NCBI GenBank assembly: GCA_015061285.1
Contig: SUWW01000004.1
Span: 341 to 64,340 of the forward strand
DNA length: 64,000 nt
Direction of reading: 5' to 3'
From: Bacteroidales bacterium
GTDB lineage: Bacteria > Bacteroidota > Bacteroidia > Bacteroidales > Marinilabiliaceae
The notes under the pieces are model-generated. The model saw only the letters and a program-made list of their open reading frames with translations. It had not been told where the DNA came from and searched no databases. The position numbers and the translations under genes were made by a program. The stretch's first letter is position 1. The number at the start of each line of letters is the position of its first letter. Positions 1-9,804 of this stretch are shown in pieces.

Positions 1-54
1 ATCAATTGAATAAAATAAATTTGTCATTTGTCAAAAGTAACAAAGACGATACGT

Positions 55-462
55 ATGTCAGTAAATAAAGTAATTCTATTGGGTAATGTAGGCAAGGAGC
101 CGGACATTCGCTATTTTGATCGTCAACGAGGTGTTGCCAATTTTTCTTTGGCAACAAACGAGCGTACAGCTTCTGGCGAGGTGACAGAATGGCATAATAT
201 AACAGCATTTGATAGGTTGGCTACTGTTACGGAGAAAATGGTGCATAAAGGAACAAAACTCTATATAGAGGGACGTCTGCGTACACGTCAGTTTACTGAT
301 AGAGAGAATAGAATGCATTCTGTAACTGAGATTATAGCCGATGTTATGGAAATTCTTTCGCCTCGATCGGTTGATAATGAAGACAAGCATCAAGAATCGA
401 ATTCGACCCTTGGTGAACCACCAGCGAAACTTGATGATGAAGGTGCATTTGATGTCAAATAG
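55..462 (+). CDS. ssb: single-stranded DNA-binding protein
   Basis: OB-fold SSB N-terminus (NKVILLGNVGKEPDIRY, TEWHNITAF, LYIEGRLRTRQF) and acidic C-terminal tail. ATG at 55 preferred over the track start at 28. Confidence 0.9.
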   Translation: MSVNKVILLGNVGKEPDIRYFDRQRGVANFSLATNERTASGEVTEWHNITAFDRLATVTEKMVHKGTKLYIEGRLRTRQFTDRENRMHSVTEIIADVMEILSPRSVDNEDKHQESNSTLGEPPAKLDDEGAFDVK

Positions 463-532
463 TTGCATGCACGCTTCTTGATAGTATTAACCAAACAGAC
501 TCCAATTGGAATCAGATTTATACCATAGTATT

Positions 533-1822
533 ATGACCGCTTTGAGTGATATAACAGTCAGGGCGGTCTCTCCAAGAACTATATTAATGTTGGCAGCACT
601 TGTCGTCCTTATTACGATTAGTGCGTTAGTTTCTGCAAGTGAAGTGGCGTTTTTTTCTTTGTCGCCGCAAATGACAGAGAAGCTAAAAGATGGTAAAGAC
701 AGACGAGATTCTGCGGTGTCGAAATTGCTACGTCAGCCACAAATGCTTCTTGCTACCATACTTATACTTAACAACTTAGTTAATGTGTCGATAGTTATGT
801 TGTCGGCAATGCTTGGCAAGACAGCTGTTGATTTTGGCGAACACACAACTTTGAAATTCATTTTTGAATCTGTCATAATTACAGCACTCATACTCTTTTT
901 TGGTGAGATAATGCCTAAGATATACGCAAAACAACGTAATTATAGTTTTTCGCGTTTCATGGCGTTTCCACTCACTGCCGCGGAAAAGATATTATGGCCA
1001 GCGAGTCGCTTATTGATGAAGTCGACTTCTGTTATGAATAGTCGAATGTCGCGATATCAGCCAGAAGTGTCGATAGACGACTTGTCGCAAGCACTTGAAC
1101 TGACAGGTAATGACATAAAAGAAGAAAAGGAAATTCTTGAGGGAATTGTGAATTTCACCGAGTTGAGTGCAAGTGATATAATGACACCGCGTATGGATGT
1201 AGTGAGCGTAGATATTCACGATAAATTCAGCAAAGTGCTTCAGGTGGTGCTCGATTCTGGATATTCGCGCATACCAGCCTATGACGAAAGACCCGACGAA
1301 ATAAAGGGTATTTTGTATGTAAAAGATTTATTGCCTCATTTGGAGGAAAAGAACTACAACTGGGCTTCGATTCTGAGAAAACCCTTCTATATACCAGAAA
1401 CAAAAAAGATAAACGACCTGCTCGAAGAGTTTCAATTGAGCAAAACACATATGGCAATAGTGGTAGATGAATATGGCGGTATGTCGGGAATTGTTACTCT
1501 CGAAGATGTGCTTGAGGAGATCGTAGGTGATATAAAAGATGAATTCGACGAGGAGGATAAAGCGTGGACGCGTCAGGCCGACGGAAGCATAATATTTGAA
1601 GGCAAAATTTCGCTGAACGACTTTTTCAAGGTTATTGATGTCGATCCTGATGAATTCAAAGATAAACGTGGTGATGCGGAAACACTTGCAGGCTTTTTGC
1701 TTGAGTTGAATGGTTTGATACCACAAAAAGGAGATATATTGACATTTGAGAAATATAAGTTTGAAGTTATTGCAGCGGATGCACGACGAATCAAAAAAGT
1801 AAAATTTTCTACAAACAAATAG
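533..1822 (+). CDS. gldE: GldE-like CNNM/CorC-HlyC family membrane protein (DUF21 TM region, CBS pair, CorC_HlyC C-terminus)
   Basis: N-terminal TM helices, CBS-pair region (IMTPRMDVVSV, GYSRIPAY), C-terminal transporter-associated domain. Lies directly upstream of a GldD-like gene. Track start 506 is TTG; first ATG is 533. Confidence 0.7.
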   Translation: MTALSDITVRAVSPRTILMLAALVVLITISALVSASEVAFFSLSPQMTEKLKDGKDRRDSAVSKLLRQPQMLLATILILNNLVNVSIVMLSAMLGKTAVDFGEHTTLKFIFESVIITALILFFGEIMPKIYAKQRNYSFSRFMAFPLTAAEKILWPASRLLMKSTSVMNSRMSRYQPEVSIDDLSQALELTGNDIKEEKEILEGIVNFTELSASDIMTPRMDVVSVDIHDKFSKVLQVVLDSGYSRIPAYDERPDEIKGILYVKDLLPHLEEKNYNWASILRKPFYIPETKKINDLLEEFQLSKTHMAIVVDEYGGMSGIVTLEDVLEEIVGDIKDEFDEEDKAWTRQADGSIIFEGKISLNDFFKVIDVDPDEFKDKRGDAETLAGFLLELNGLIPQKGDILTFEKYKFEVIAADARRIKKVKFSTNK

Positions 1823-1824
1823 GT

Positions 1825-2400
1825 ATGCGCATTGGAGCTATCATCATAATTATAATAATTACGCTATTTACGAGTTGTCGAGAGGTAAAAGTGCCTAAGC
1901 CACGAGGATATTTCAGAATAGAATTACCTGAGCATACATACGTAGAATTTGATAGCGCTGCGTTGCCATATAGATTTGAAATACCTACGTATGCTCGTGT
2001 AGAGCCCGATCATTCCTATGACGCCGAACCGCATTGGATAAACATAAAATTTCCGCGATTCAAAAGCCAAATACACGTAACGTATCGCGATATCAACGGC
2101 ATTGTAGACGCTGCGCTTGAGGATAGTAGAAAATTGGTTTATAAGCATACAGTAAAGGCAGATGCAATAGGCGAGAATTTTTTTGAGTGTGATAGTTTGC
2201 GTGTGTATGGCGAATTGTATCAGATAAAAGGAAATGCAGCTACACCTATTCAATTTGCATTGACCGATAGTATGAATCACCTCTTTAGAGGTTCGCTATA
2301 TTTCTATTGCGTGCCCAATAAAGATAGTTTGGCGCCAGTAGATGAATTTCTTGAAGAGGACGTAGCGCATCTAATAGAAACATTTAGCTGGAGAGATTAA
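1825..2400 (+). CDS. gldD: GldD-like gliding-motility-associated lipoprotein
   Basis: Signal peptide with Cys (TLFTSC). Recalled GldD family motifs PKPRGYFRI, KHTVKADAI, GNAATPIQFALTDS, RGSLYF..PNKDSLAP. Starts 3 nt after gldE. Confidence 0.7.
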   Translation: MRIGAIIIIIIITLFTSCREVKVPKPRGYFRIELPEHTYVEFDSAALPYRFEIPTYARVEPDHSYDAEPHWINIKFPRFKSQIHVTYRDINGIVDAALEDSRKLVYKHTVKADAIGENFFECDSLRVYGELYQIKGNAATPIQFALTDSMNHLFRGSLYFYCVPNKDSLAPVDEFLEEDVAHLIETFSWRD

Positions 2401-3023
2401 TGCCATTACTCAAGAAAATAGAGCACTCCGGAGCCATAATGGGCATTTGGAAACAGACAGAATCGCTATCCGAACTGGAGGCGCAGTATTCTATTCATGA
2501 AAGTGAAAAGCAGATGTATCAGGGTTTTCGTAACGACCGTAGACGCAAAGAGTGGCTCACTGCGCGAATTCTGCTCGAAACTCTTATAGGTAAAGATGCT
2601 GAGATTTGTTATCGCGATTCGGGAAAGCCCTATTTGCGCGATGGTAGGTATTGTATAAGTATTACGCATACAATAGGCTATGTAGGTATACGTTTGGCTG
2701 CTCACCCTGTGGCACTCGATATGGAATATTATTCGGATCGTGTGTTGCATCTGATACCTCGATATGTAGCGCATAGCGAGATGCAGTATGTAAGTATGGG
2801 CGACAAAATTACCTCCGCTTTGATTATTTGGAGTGCAAAGGAAACATTGTATAAACTCTTTGACTTTCAAGATGTTTTGTTCGATGAACATATCTTTGTT
2901 AGTGAACTTGACCCTACTCATACAAATGGTCATTTCAAGGGCACAATACAAAAAGAGAGCTTTCATGCCGATGTGAATTTGACGTATGTTGTTTTAGGAG
3001 AGTTGATATTGGTATATTGTTAG
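2400..3023 (+). CDS. 4'-phosphopantetheinyl transferase (Sfp-type)
   Basis: WSAKETLYKL motif typical of PPTases, ~200 aa. ATG shares its A with the gldD stop codon. Confidence 0.7.
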   Translation: MPLLKKIEHSGAIMGIWKQTESLSELEAQYSIHESEKQMYQGFRNDRRRKEWLTARILLETLIGKDAEICYRDSGKPYLRDGRYCISITHTIGYVGIRLAAHPVALDMEYYSDRVLHLIPRYVAHSEMQYVSMGDKITSALIIWSAKETLYKLFDFQDVLFDEHIFVSELDPTHTNGHFKGTIQKESFHADVNLTYVVLGELILVYC

Positions 3024-3025
3024 AG

Positions 3026-3727
3026 ATGAGTGGTTTATATACATATATACAGCAACAGAAAGCACAGCAGAAACACTCGCTTGCAGTGCTCATCGACCCT
3101 GATAAAGTGGCAAATCTGGAACGCACGATAGCAACTATATCGAAGAGTAGAGCCGATTTGATATTTGTTGGTGGTAGCCTTGTGAGTGCCGATACATCGG
3201 AGGTGGTAGCGCAAATAAAGAAAAAAACAACTTTGCCAATTGTATTATTTCCTGGCAATGCATCGCAGGTAGTTGGCAATGCCGATGCTCTTCTGCTTCT
3301 ATCGCTCATATCGGGTAGAAATGCTGAGTTTCTTATAGGTCAGCACGTGAATGCAGCAGTGCAAATAGCCAAAACAAATCTCGAAGTGATACCTACAGGC
3401 TACATACTAATTGATGGTGGTGTGGCAACATCGGTGCAATATATGAGTGCGACGCAACCTATACCAGCTAATAAAGTAGATATAGCAACAGCTACGGCTC
3501 TTGCTGGAGAGTTGCTCGGGCTAAAGATGGTATACTTGGAGGCTGGTAGTGGTGCTCGTAATCCTGTATCGAGTGAAATTATTTCTTCGGTGCGCGATAC
3601 GTTGCGTATACCAATTATTGTTGGTGGCGGATTGCGTAGTGTTGCCGAAGTAGAGAGGGTGTGGAATGCCGGTGCCGATATAGCAGTTGTGGGAACGGCA
3701 ATAGAAAAAGGCGAATTTCAGATATAA
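3026..3727 (+). CDS. geranylgeranylglyceryl/heptaprenylglyceryl phosphate synthase family protein (PcrB/GGGPS-like TIM barrel)
   Basis: Motifs IFVGGS, YLEAGSGA, IIVGGGLRS. First ATG at 3026 (track start 3017 is TTG and overlaps the upstream gene). Confidence 0.7.
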   Translation: MSGLYTYIQQQKAQQKHSLAVLIDPDKVANLERTIATISKSRADLIFVGGSLVSADTSEVVAQIKKKTTLPIVLFPGNASQVVGNADALLLLSLISGRNAEFLIGQHVNAAVQIAKTNLEVIPTGYILIDGGVATSVQYMSATQPIPANKVDIATATALAGELLGLKMVYLEAGSGARNPVSSEIISSVRDTLRIPIIVGGGLRSVAEVERVWNAGADIAVVGTAIEKGEFQI

Positions 3728-3757
3728 ACAAAAAAATAGAATAAAATATAAATAATT

Positions 3758-4255
3758 ATGAATAAGACAATTAAACCTCTTGTCGGAATCGACAAAGTAA
3801 AGTTCGGCATGACGCGTGAACAAGTCATGGCTGTTTTAGGCAAACCAGATGAGATTGCCGAAGATCAGCAATATGGTGAAACTCCCGACGATACAACCAC
3901 CGTATTCTATTATGATAATGGTATTTCATGTTCGTTCGAAAAATCGGAAAAATATCGTTTGACTGAAATTTCATTTGAAGACGACGAAGAGTATAATATC
4001 GATGGTAAAATCAAGTTGGGTATGGGCATGAAGGAGGCTATATCGGCTGCTGTTGAACTTTTTGGCGAAGAAGAGACCGAAGATGATTTGACAGATGATA
4101 TTGAGGAGGGTAGTCTGCTTCGCTCTTTTTCGTTCTATGAAAAGAATGTAAGTCTTTGGTTTGATGGCGATAAAGAGGGTGAAGAGGAGCTCGTAACTAT
4201 ACAAATAGGTCCGCAATGGACTGAAGATGAAAACGAGATAGTTTGGCCTAAATAA
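3758..4255 (+). CDS. hypothetical acidic protein
   Basis: Clean 165-aa ORF in a same-strand gene array. Asp/Glu-rich, no recognised domain. Confidence 0.5.
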   Translation: MNKTIKPLVGIDKVKFGMTREQVMAVLGKPDEIAEDQQYGETPDDTTTVFYYDNGISCSFEKSEKYRLTEISFEDDEEYNIDGKIKLGMGMKEAISAAVELFGEEETEDDLTDDIEEGSLLRSFSFYEKNVSLWFDGDKEGEEELVTIQIGPQWTEDENEIVWPK

Positions 4256-4278
4256 TATTAATAAAGGGAAATAGTTTT

Positions 4279-5394
4279 ATGAAATCAAAAATATTTACAG
4301 TGTTGGGTGCTGTAGCAATGACACTCGCTACGGCAAATGCACAAATCAAAGTTGCGACAGAATCTGGCGATTTGTCGATACGTTTTGTAGGTCGAACAAA
4401 CTTCGATATAGGTACGCAGCTTGGAGCTGCCGATTCGCTCAATAATACCAACGGCGTGCAGATGAACGATACGCGTTTGGGCGTGGTAGCCAATTTCGAC
4501 GAGCGATTTTCTGCCAAAATCGAAGTTTGCTATGCAAGTAAGGCGATTTCGTTTCGCGACCTTTGGATTGGTTATAAGCTGAACGACAACAACTCGATTC
4601 AAGTAGGACACTTCTTCATGCCCTACGGAGCTAAAATTCTTGGCTTGGGATATAAATTCGTTGAAGATGCCTCTGTCGACTTTGCGCTCTGTCCTTCGCG
4701 TAAGATAGGAGCAGCTCTTTTTCATACCTCCGACAACTTCAATCTCACAGCCGGCATATTTAGCGATGGAAGCGTAGATAATGCTGGTCAGTTGAAGCAA
4801 GGCTGGAACCTTTCGGCGAAGGCTATTGTTCGTCCAATTATAAATGAGCGCACTGTGCTTCACTTTGGTGCTGCACCTATGTTTACTCATTCACCCAACA
4901 ATCCTTCGTTCACTTTCAAAGTGCCTACGCCTATGATGACCGAAGGAAATGGCATCGGAAAAATAAGCTCTGGCGATAATTATAATTATGGACGTTACGA
5001 AGTAGAAGCACTTTTCATTACTGGCCGTTTCTATAGCGAATTCCATTATATGGGTGTGAATGCTAATACGCCTGGCGACGACAATTTCAAGATTAATGGC
5101 TTCTATGGTCAAGCTTCGTTCCTCGTTATTGGCGATCAAGCTAAGTATAACAAGAAAACCGGCCTCGCTGCAGCTCCTGCTCCTAAAAGCCTTGAAGTGC
5201 TTGCCCGTGTTAGCCGTTCGAATATCCAAGAGGATCTTCACATGACCGACATTACTATCGGTGCTAACTATTTCATAAATAAGAATTTGAACTTCAAACT
5301 GAATTTCATCCATTCTAAGTCGACAGTTGATATTGCTGGTGGAGTCGACCAGAAATACAATTGGCTTCAAGGACGTTTGCAGTTCTCTTTCTAA
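4279..5394 (+). CDS. outer-membrane porin (phosphate-selective porin O/P-like beta-barrel)
   Basis: Signal peptide MKSKIFTVLGAVAMTLATANAQ, alternating beta-strand pattern, C-terminal RLQFSF ending in Phe. Confidence 0.6.
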   Translation: MKSKIFTVLGAVAMTLATANAQIKVATESGDLSIRFVGRTNFDIGTQLGAADSLNNTNGVQMNDTRLGVVANFDERFSAKIEVCYASKAISFRDLWIGYKLNDNNSIQVGHFFMPYGAKILGLGYKFVEDASVDFALCPSRKIGAALFHTSDNFNLTAGIFSDGSVDNAGQLKQGWNLSAKAIVRPIINERTVLHFGAAPMFTHSPNNPSFTFKVPTPMMTEGNGIGKISSGDNYNYGRYEVEALFITGRFYSEFHYMGVNANTPGDDNFKINGFYGQASFLVIGDQAKYNKKTGLAAAPAPKSLEVLARVSRSNIQEDLHMTDITIGANYFINKNLNFKLNFIHSKSTVDIAGGVDQKYNWLQGRLQFSF

Positions 5395-5424
5395 CAGAAA
5401 GAATTGTACATAATACACAAAGAA

Positions 5425-5453
5425 AGCAGGGACTATATGTTCCTGCTTTTTTT
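5425..5453 (+). terminator. rho-independent terminator after the porin gene
   Basis: Stem AGCAGG(GA)/(T)TCCTGCT with a short loop, followed by a T7 run. Confidence 0.6.
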
Positions 5454-5566
5454 GTATATAGGCGGCTAAATAATATCCAAAATGTAGATATATATACATA
5501 AATACCCCCAAAAGGACGTAGCTTTGCCGACGATAATAAACTACAACAGGTTATTTATAGGAAGAG

Positions 5567-6229
5567 ATGAAAAAACTAATTTTTATCGTAGCACTGTTAG
5601 GTTTTATGAATAGTGTGCACGCGCAGTGGCGAATAGGCGCGACGGCAGGTTTCGACTGGAATCATTACAAGATTGACAATCACTACATGACAGATTGGCA
5701 CTACGAAGGCAAAAAGGGTCTGACTCTTGGTGTCGCGAGCCAATATGGGTTCAACGATTGGCTTGCCTTGCGAGCTGAGGTTAATTATACCCAGAAGAAT
5801 CATAGGCAATTTCGCACCGGACAATTGTCCGACACCGATTACGATACCAAAAACTCCTATTTGCAATTGCCAATAATGAGTTCGTTCAGTTTTGGCGGAG
5901 AAAAACTGCGTGGTTTCATGAATTTGGGCATCTATGGTGGCTATTGGCTGTCGAGTGCGATAAAGGGCAGTTTCTTTAGCCCATTAACATTTGAGAAGAC
6001 CAATATTGACGAAAAAGTTGAATTTGTTAGCGATCGAGATCAGCGCTTCGACTTTGGCGCTGTGGGTGGTGTAGGCTTAGAGTATAAAATTGGCGAACAT
6101 TGGGCGGCGCAGATTGAAACTCGATGCTACTATAGCACCATAAGCACGCAGAAAGACTATATGGCTATAAAAGATCCTAAATACAACACAACAATCGGCG
6201 TGCAAACGGCATTTTTCTACATATTCTAA
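5567..6229 (+). CDS. outer-membrane beta-barrel protein (OmpW/porin-family-like)
   Basis: Signal peptide ending VHAQ, amphipathic beta-strand pattern, C-terminal aromatic FFYIF. Confidence 0.6.
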   Translation: MKKLIFIVALLGFMNSVHAQWRIGATAGFDWNHYKIDNHYMTDWHYEGKKGLTLGVASQYGFNDWLALRAEVNYTQKNHRQFRTGQLSDTDYDTKNSYLQLPIMSSFSFGGEKLRGFMNLGIYGGYWLSSAIKGSFFSPLTFEKTNIDEKVEFVSDRDQRFDFGAVGGVGLEYKIGEHWAAQIETRCYYSTISTQKDYMAIKDPKYNTTIGVQTAFFYIF

Positions 6230-6242
6230 CTCATAAATAAAT

Positions 6243-7784
6243 ATGACCACAATGAAGAAATATATATATACCATATTTATAGCTACTACGGCGTCTATTT
6301 TCAGTGCTTGCCGCGATGAAGCCGACGATGTGGTTTCGTACGGACAAAACGACTATTTGAATTTTGCGGCTGCCGAAGAGAGCTACGAAGCACAGTTCAA
6401 GGCTCTTTGGACGGCGCTCAACTGCAACTACGCCATTTGGGACTACGAAGAGGCACACGGACTCGACTGGGATAAAGTGTACAAAAAGTACCTTCCCACA
6501 ATGCGAGATTTCGATAGTCGCATTGAAAAAGGTAAAACAATCTCCGACGACGAATTTCAGCGTATATACGATGGCATTCTAAACCCTTTACACGATGGAC
6601 ATACATATATACAAGTGAAGAATTTGTCTACTGGTAGCTATTTGGATTTTTATCCTGCGAGCGAACGCAACTCTAATCGTGTAGACTATTATTATTCTGA
6701 TGTGCCACGATTGAGCTATTATTTGTCAGCAAATGCTGGCGAAAACCAAATTTTGCTATACGATTCGGTATCGACGGGACCATCTGCCTTCACTACTAAT
6801 GAGATTCGTAAAGCTCTTGAGCAAATCGATAGTAGAGTGAATGAACTTGAATCTAAGACTTCGCGTTCCGATTTGGATGAGTATTTTCTTGGAAAATACT
6901 TAGATGCACGCAAAGAGTTGAACGATTACGTAGAATGGGGTTCAACGAGTGTAGAAGGGTATAATTCGTTGATGGAGACATGTGAAAAGCTCGATATTGC
7001 TATGAACGAATACGATATAGATAGCGCTGACGAAATAGATTTGAAATTGGCTGTTTTCAGCGATGGTATAGTCTATTTCAGCTTGTCGGCTTTCGATCTT
7101 TATCCGTATATGACAGGCACCATAGGAGGCTCTTTTTGCTCCGATTCGTTGAGCGAGTGTGTGTTCAATTTAGTTGACAATTGGGTGTATTATGTGCAAG
7201 ATCTACACCAAAATAGAATGCTAAAGGGCGTAATAATAGATGTACGCAATAATGGCGGTGGCTATAGCGATGATTATCAATATGTGCTTGGCTCGTTGCT
7301 TCCTGCAGGCGGTCATAAATATGGCTATCATCGAGTGAAAACTGGAATAGGACGTTACGACTATTCGCCGCTTACGCCCGATTGTATGACTACTCTCGAT
7401 GTGGGGCAAAGTGCTATTAGTGAGCCTATTGTAGTTTTGGCTAATTGCAATTCGGTAAGTATGGCCGAACAGACTTGTCTTGGAGCCAAAGAACTTAGCA
7501 ATGCTCGTGTGATAGGTATGCCGACTTGGGGCGCATATAGTCCTATTTACGACGATCCTTCGGTATATTCTTTTACATACGCCAGTGTATTTGGTGTAGA
7601 AAATGAGACGCCTTTCTATGCATACATACCATGTTCGGCATATTTCAATAGCGAAAAAGAGATTCGCGAAGGTGTAGGCGTTACGCCCGACATAAAAGTT
7701 GAATTGGATGAAGATTTGCTCTACGAAACCGGTCGCGACACGCAACTTGAACGCGCGCTAAAGTATATACGTACGGGTAATTGA
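6243..7784 (+). CDS. S41-family (tail-specific/C-terminal processing type) peptidase lipoprotein
   Basis: Lipoprotein signal (IFSAC). S41 signature IIDVRNNGGGY with downstream Ser region. Confidence 0.7.
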   Translation: MTTMKKYIYTIFIATTASIFSACRDEADDVVSYGQNDYLNFAAAEESYEAQFKALWTALNCNYAIWDYEEAHGLDWDKVYKKYLPTMRDFDSRIEKGKTISDDEFQRIYDGILNPLHDGHTYIQVKNLSTGSYLDFYPASERNSNRVDYYYSDVPRLSYYLSANAGENQILLYDSVSTGPSAFTTNEIRKALEQIDSRVNELESKTSRSDLDEYFLGKYLDARKELNDYVEWGSTSVEGYNSLMETCEKLDIAMNEYDIDSADEIDLKLAVFSDGIVYFSLSAFDLYPYMTGTIGGSFCSDSLSECVFNLVDNWVYYVQDLHQNRMLKGVIIDVRNNGGGYSDDYQYVLGSLLPAGGHKYGYHRVKTGIGRYDYSPLTPDCMTTLDVGQSAISEPIVVLANCNSVSMAEQTCLGAKELSNARVIGMPTWGAYSPIYDDPSVYSFTYASVFGVENETPFYAYIPCSAYFNSEKEIREGVGVTPDIKVELDEDLLYETGRDTQLERALKYIRTGN

Positions 7785-7833
7785 AAATTGAAAATTCATT
7801 CTACACTACGCTATTCTATACAACACAAAAGCA

Positions 7834-7875
7834 ACAGCTGCGAGTGCTATTGAAAGCGCCCGCAGCTGTCTTTTT
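7834..7875. terminator. hairpin terminator between convergent genes
   Basis: Perfect 9-bp stem ACAGCTGCG/CGCAGCTGT followed by CTTTTT. Confidence 0.6.
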
Positions 7876-7914
7876 ATTTAGGTATAGATATTATTGCTAA
7901 TATCTTGACAAGTT

Positions 7915-9783
7915 CTACTGCCAACCACGTACTTGATGCATCGCAGGATTGATGTCGAGGATGCTTTGTGGGATTGGCCAATATTCGTTCTTACCTGCTT
8001 TGAATTCAAGAGTGAGGCCCTTTATATCCTTGAATGGATGGCGAACTTCGTAAACAAGTTTGTGAGGTACAGCATTATTTATGATAGGATTACCATTTTC
8101 GTCTGTTTTTCTCTTCATCTTAGGTTTACCTGTCTTTTCATCTATTTTTACCTCACCTGTCTTTTCGTCAATATCTTCCACCCAAACGAATTCAGATTTT
8201 GACCAAAATTCATCGAATTGATATGGAATGTTGTCCAATACTTTGTCGTAGCACTCCTTAGCAATGCCCCAACGAACGATGTCGTGCCAACGGCAGCCTT
8301 CGAACCAAAGTTCGTATTCCTTCTCGTCTTGGATAACCTGAAGGTCAACAGATGTAGAAATTGTCTTTGAACCTGCGCGTTCTTGAATCAAGTTTACATA
8401 TTTCAATGCTTCAGCGTTGTTACCTGTTGCAAGACAAGCTTCTGCATATATAAGGTAAGCCTCAGCAAGACGTGCAAGACAGAGGTTGGTCTGGTTACAG
8501 TTGTCGCCTACTGGTGCGCCTGGTGCGCAATCGTTGGGGTGCATCATCATCTTTACTTCCATAACGTCTGAACGAGAGAAAGATCCGTCTGAATTGTCTA
8601 TACCACGTTTGAAATCGTATTCCTTTTCTGCACGCGTTTTGAGGCTGCCGCCAGCTTCCACGTCATCGGCCCAAGGGCAGAGTGTAGCATCATAGAAGAA
8701 TTCGTCAGAAGTGAGGAAAGTTGCCTTACGACGGTAGCTATCGCCATCGTTATCGAGCATCTTATGGGCAAATATGTGGTTGATAGCGCCACCGCCCCAA
8801 CCGCCAGTGGAGCATATTTGTGGGTTTTTGCCACCACCAATAATGTCATCACCACGCCAATTGAGTACGTTAGCTACCATCCAACGACCACGGCCGTTAG
8901 CGCCTCTCCAAGCTTCAGTACCACCTGCAGCAGCGGTATTGGTAGAGTAGTTAATCTCAAAAATCTTCTCTTCGCAGCCGTCACCTTCTACATGGAAGAG
9001 GTCGCGGAAACGATCGCCAGGTACAAGAGCATAGTTAGGAGACTCTACGAGATCTTTCATTATAGAAACAACCTTAGCATTGTCGCCAGCAAATAGTGCA
9101 GCTTTACCACCAACGAACTGAGCAAAGCCCTTTGTCGCACGCCAAGCCCCCTGCTTGTCGCCTTGTCCTTGACGCTCGTTGATGTCGGCTATTGCCTCTT
9201 CACATTCCTTTACACACCAATCGAGAATTTCCTTCTGCGATTCAGCATTTACGGGAACATCGTCGGTAATAAGATGGTCTACCAACGGTGGTTGGTAATA
9301 AACGAGAGCAGCCAACATGTGAGCCCATGCACGCATTACTCTTGCCTCGGCTACAGCCTCTTTCTTCTTTTTAGTGTCGGCTTTATCACCGCCAAAGTAG
9401 TTGACTATAAGGTTGGCAGAGTAAATCGATTTATAGAGACGGTTGTACAACTCTTTTATTGGTTCAAGACCTGCATCAAAGCGGAACTCATTCAATTCGC
9501 GGAAACCAGCGTGGTCGTCACAGTTACCACCTGCTGCGAAAACGTCGTCAGCAGAGTAGTTGAGACCCATGATGTAGGCGCTCCAGATACCGTTGTTACC
9601 AGAGATTTGATCTGCGAAGGTGGCGTACATAGCCATCAATGCCGACTCGGCATCTTCATCGGTCTTATAGAATGTTTCGGTAGAACTTGTAGCTTTTTGT
9701 TCTACTTCCAACCAGTCCTCGCTGCAGGAAGCGACAAGCATACTGCCCGCGATTAGTGCTATAGGAACTAATATCTTTTTCAT
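7915..9783 (-). CDS. SusD/RagB-family nutrient-binding outer-membrane lipoprotein
   Basis: Lipoprotein signal (MLVASC), TPR-like helical N-half, 622 aa. Directly downstream of a SusC-like gene. Confidence 0.9.
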   Translation of the reverse strand: MKKILVPIALIAGSMLVASCSEDWLEVEQKATSSTETFYKTDEDAESALMAMYATFADQISGNNGIWSAYIMGLNYSADDVFAAGGNCDDHAGFRELNEFRFDAGLEPIKELYNRLYKSIYSANLIVNYFGGDKADTKKKKEAVAEARVMRAWAHMLAALVYYQPPLVDHLITDDVPVNAESQKEILDWCVKECEEAIADINERQGQGDKQGAWRATKGFAQFVGGKAALFAGDNAKVVSIMKDLVESPNYALVPGDRFRDLFHVEGDGCEEKIFEINYSTNTAAAGGTEAWRGANGRGRWMVANVLNWRGDDIIGGGKNPQICSTGGWGGGAINHIFAHKMLDNDGDSYRRKATFLTSDEFFYDATLCPWADDVEAGGSLKTRAEKEYDFKRGIDNSDGSFSRSDVMEVKMMMHPNDCAPGAPVGDNCNQTNLCLARLAEAYLIYAEACLATGNNAEALKYVNLIQERAGSKTISTSVDLQVIQDEKEYELWFEGCRWHDIVRWGIAKECYDKVLDNIPYQFDEFWSKSEFVWVEDIDEKTGEVKIDEKTGKPKMKRKTDENGNPIINNAVPHKLVYEVRHPFKDIKGLTLEFKAGKNEYWPIPQSILDINPAMHQVRGWQ

Positions 9784-9804
9784 ATAATAATCAAATTAAT
9801 AGTT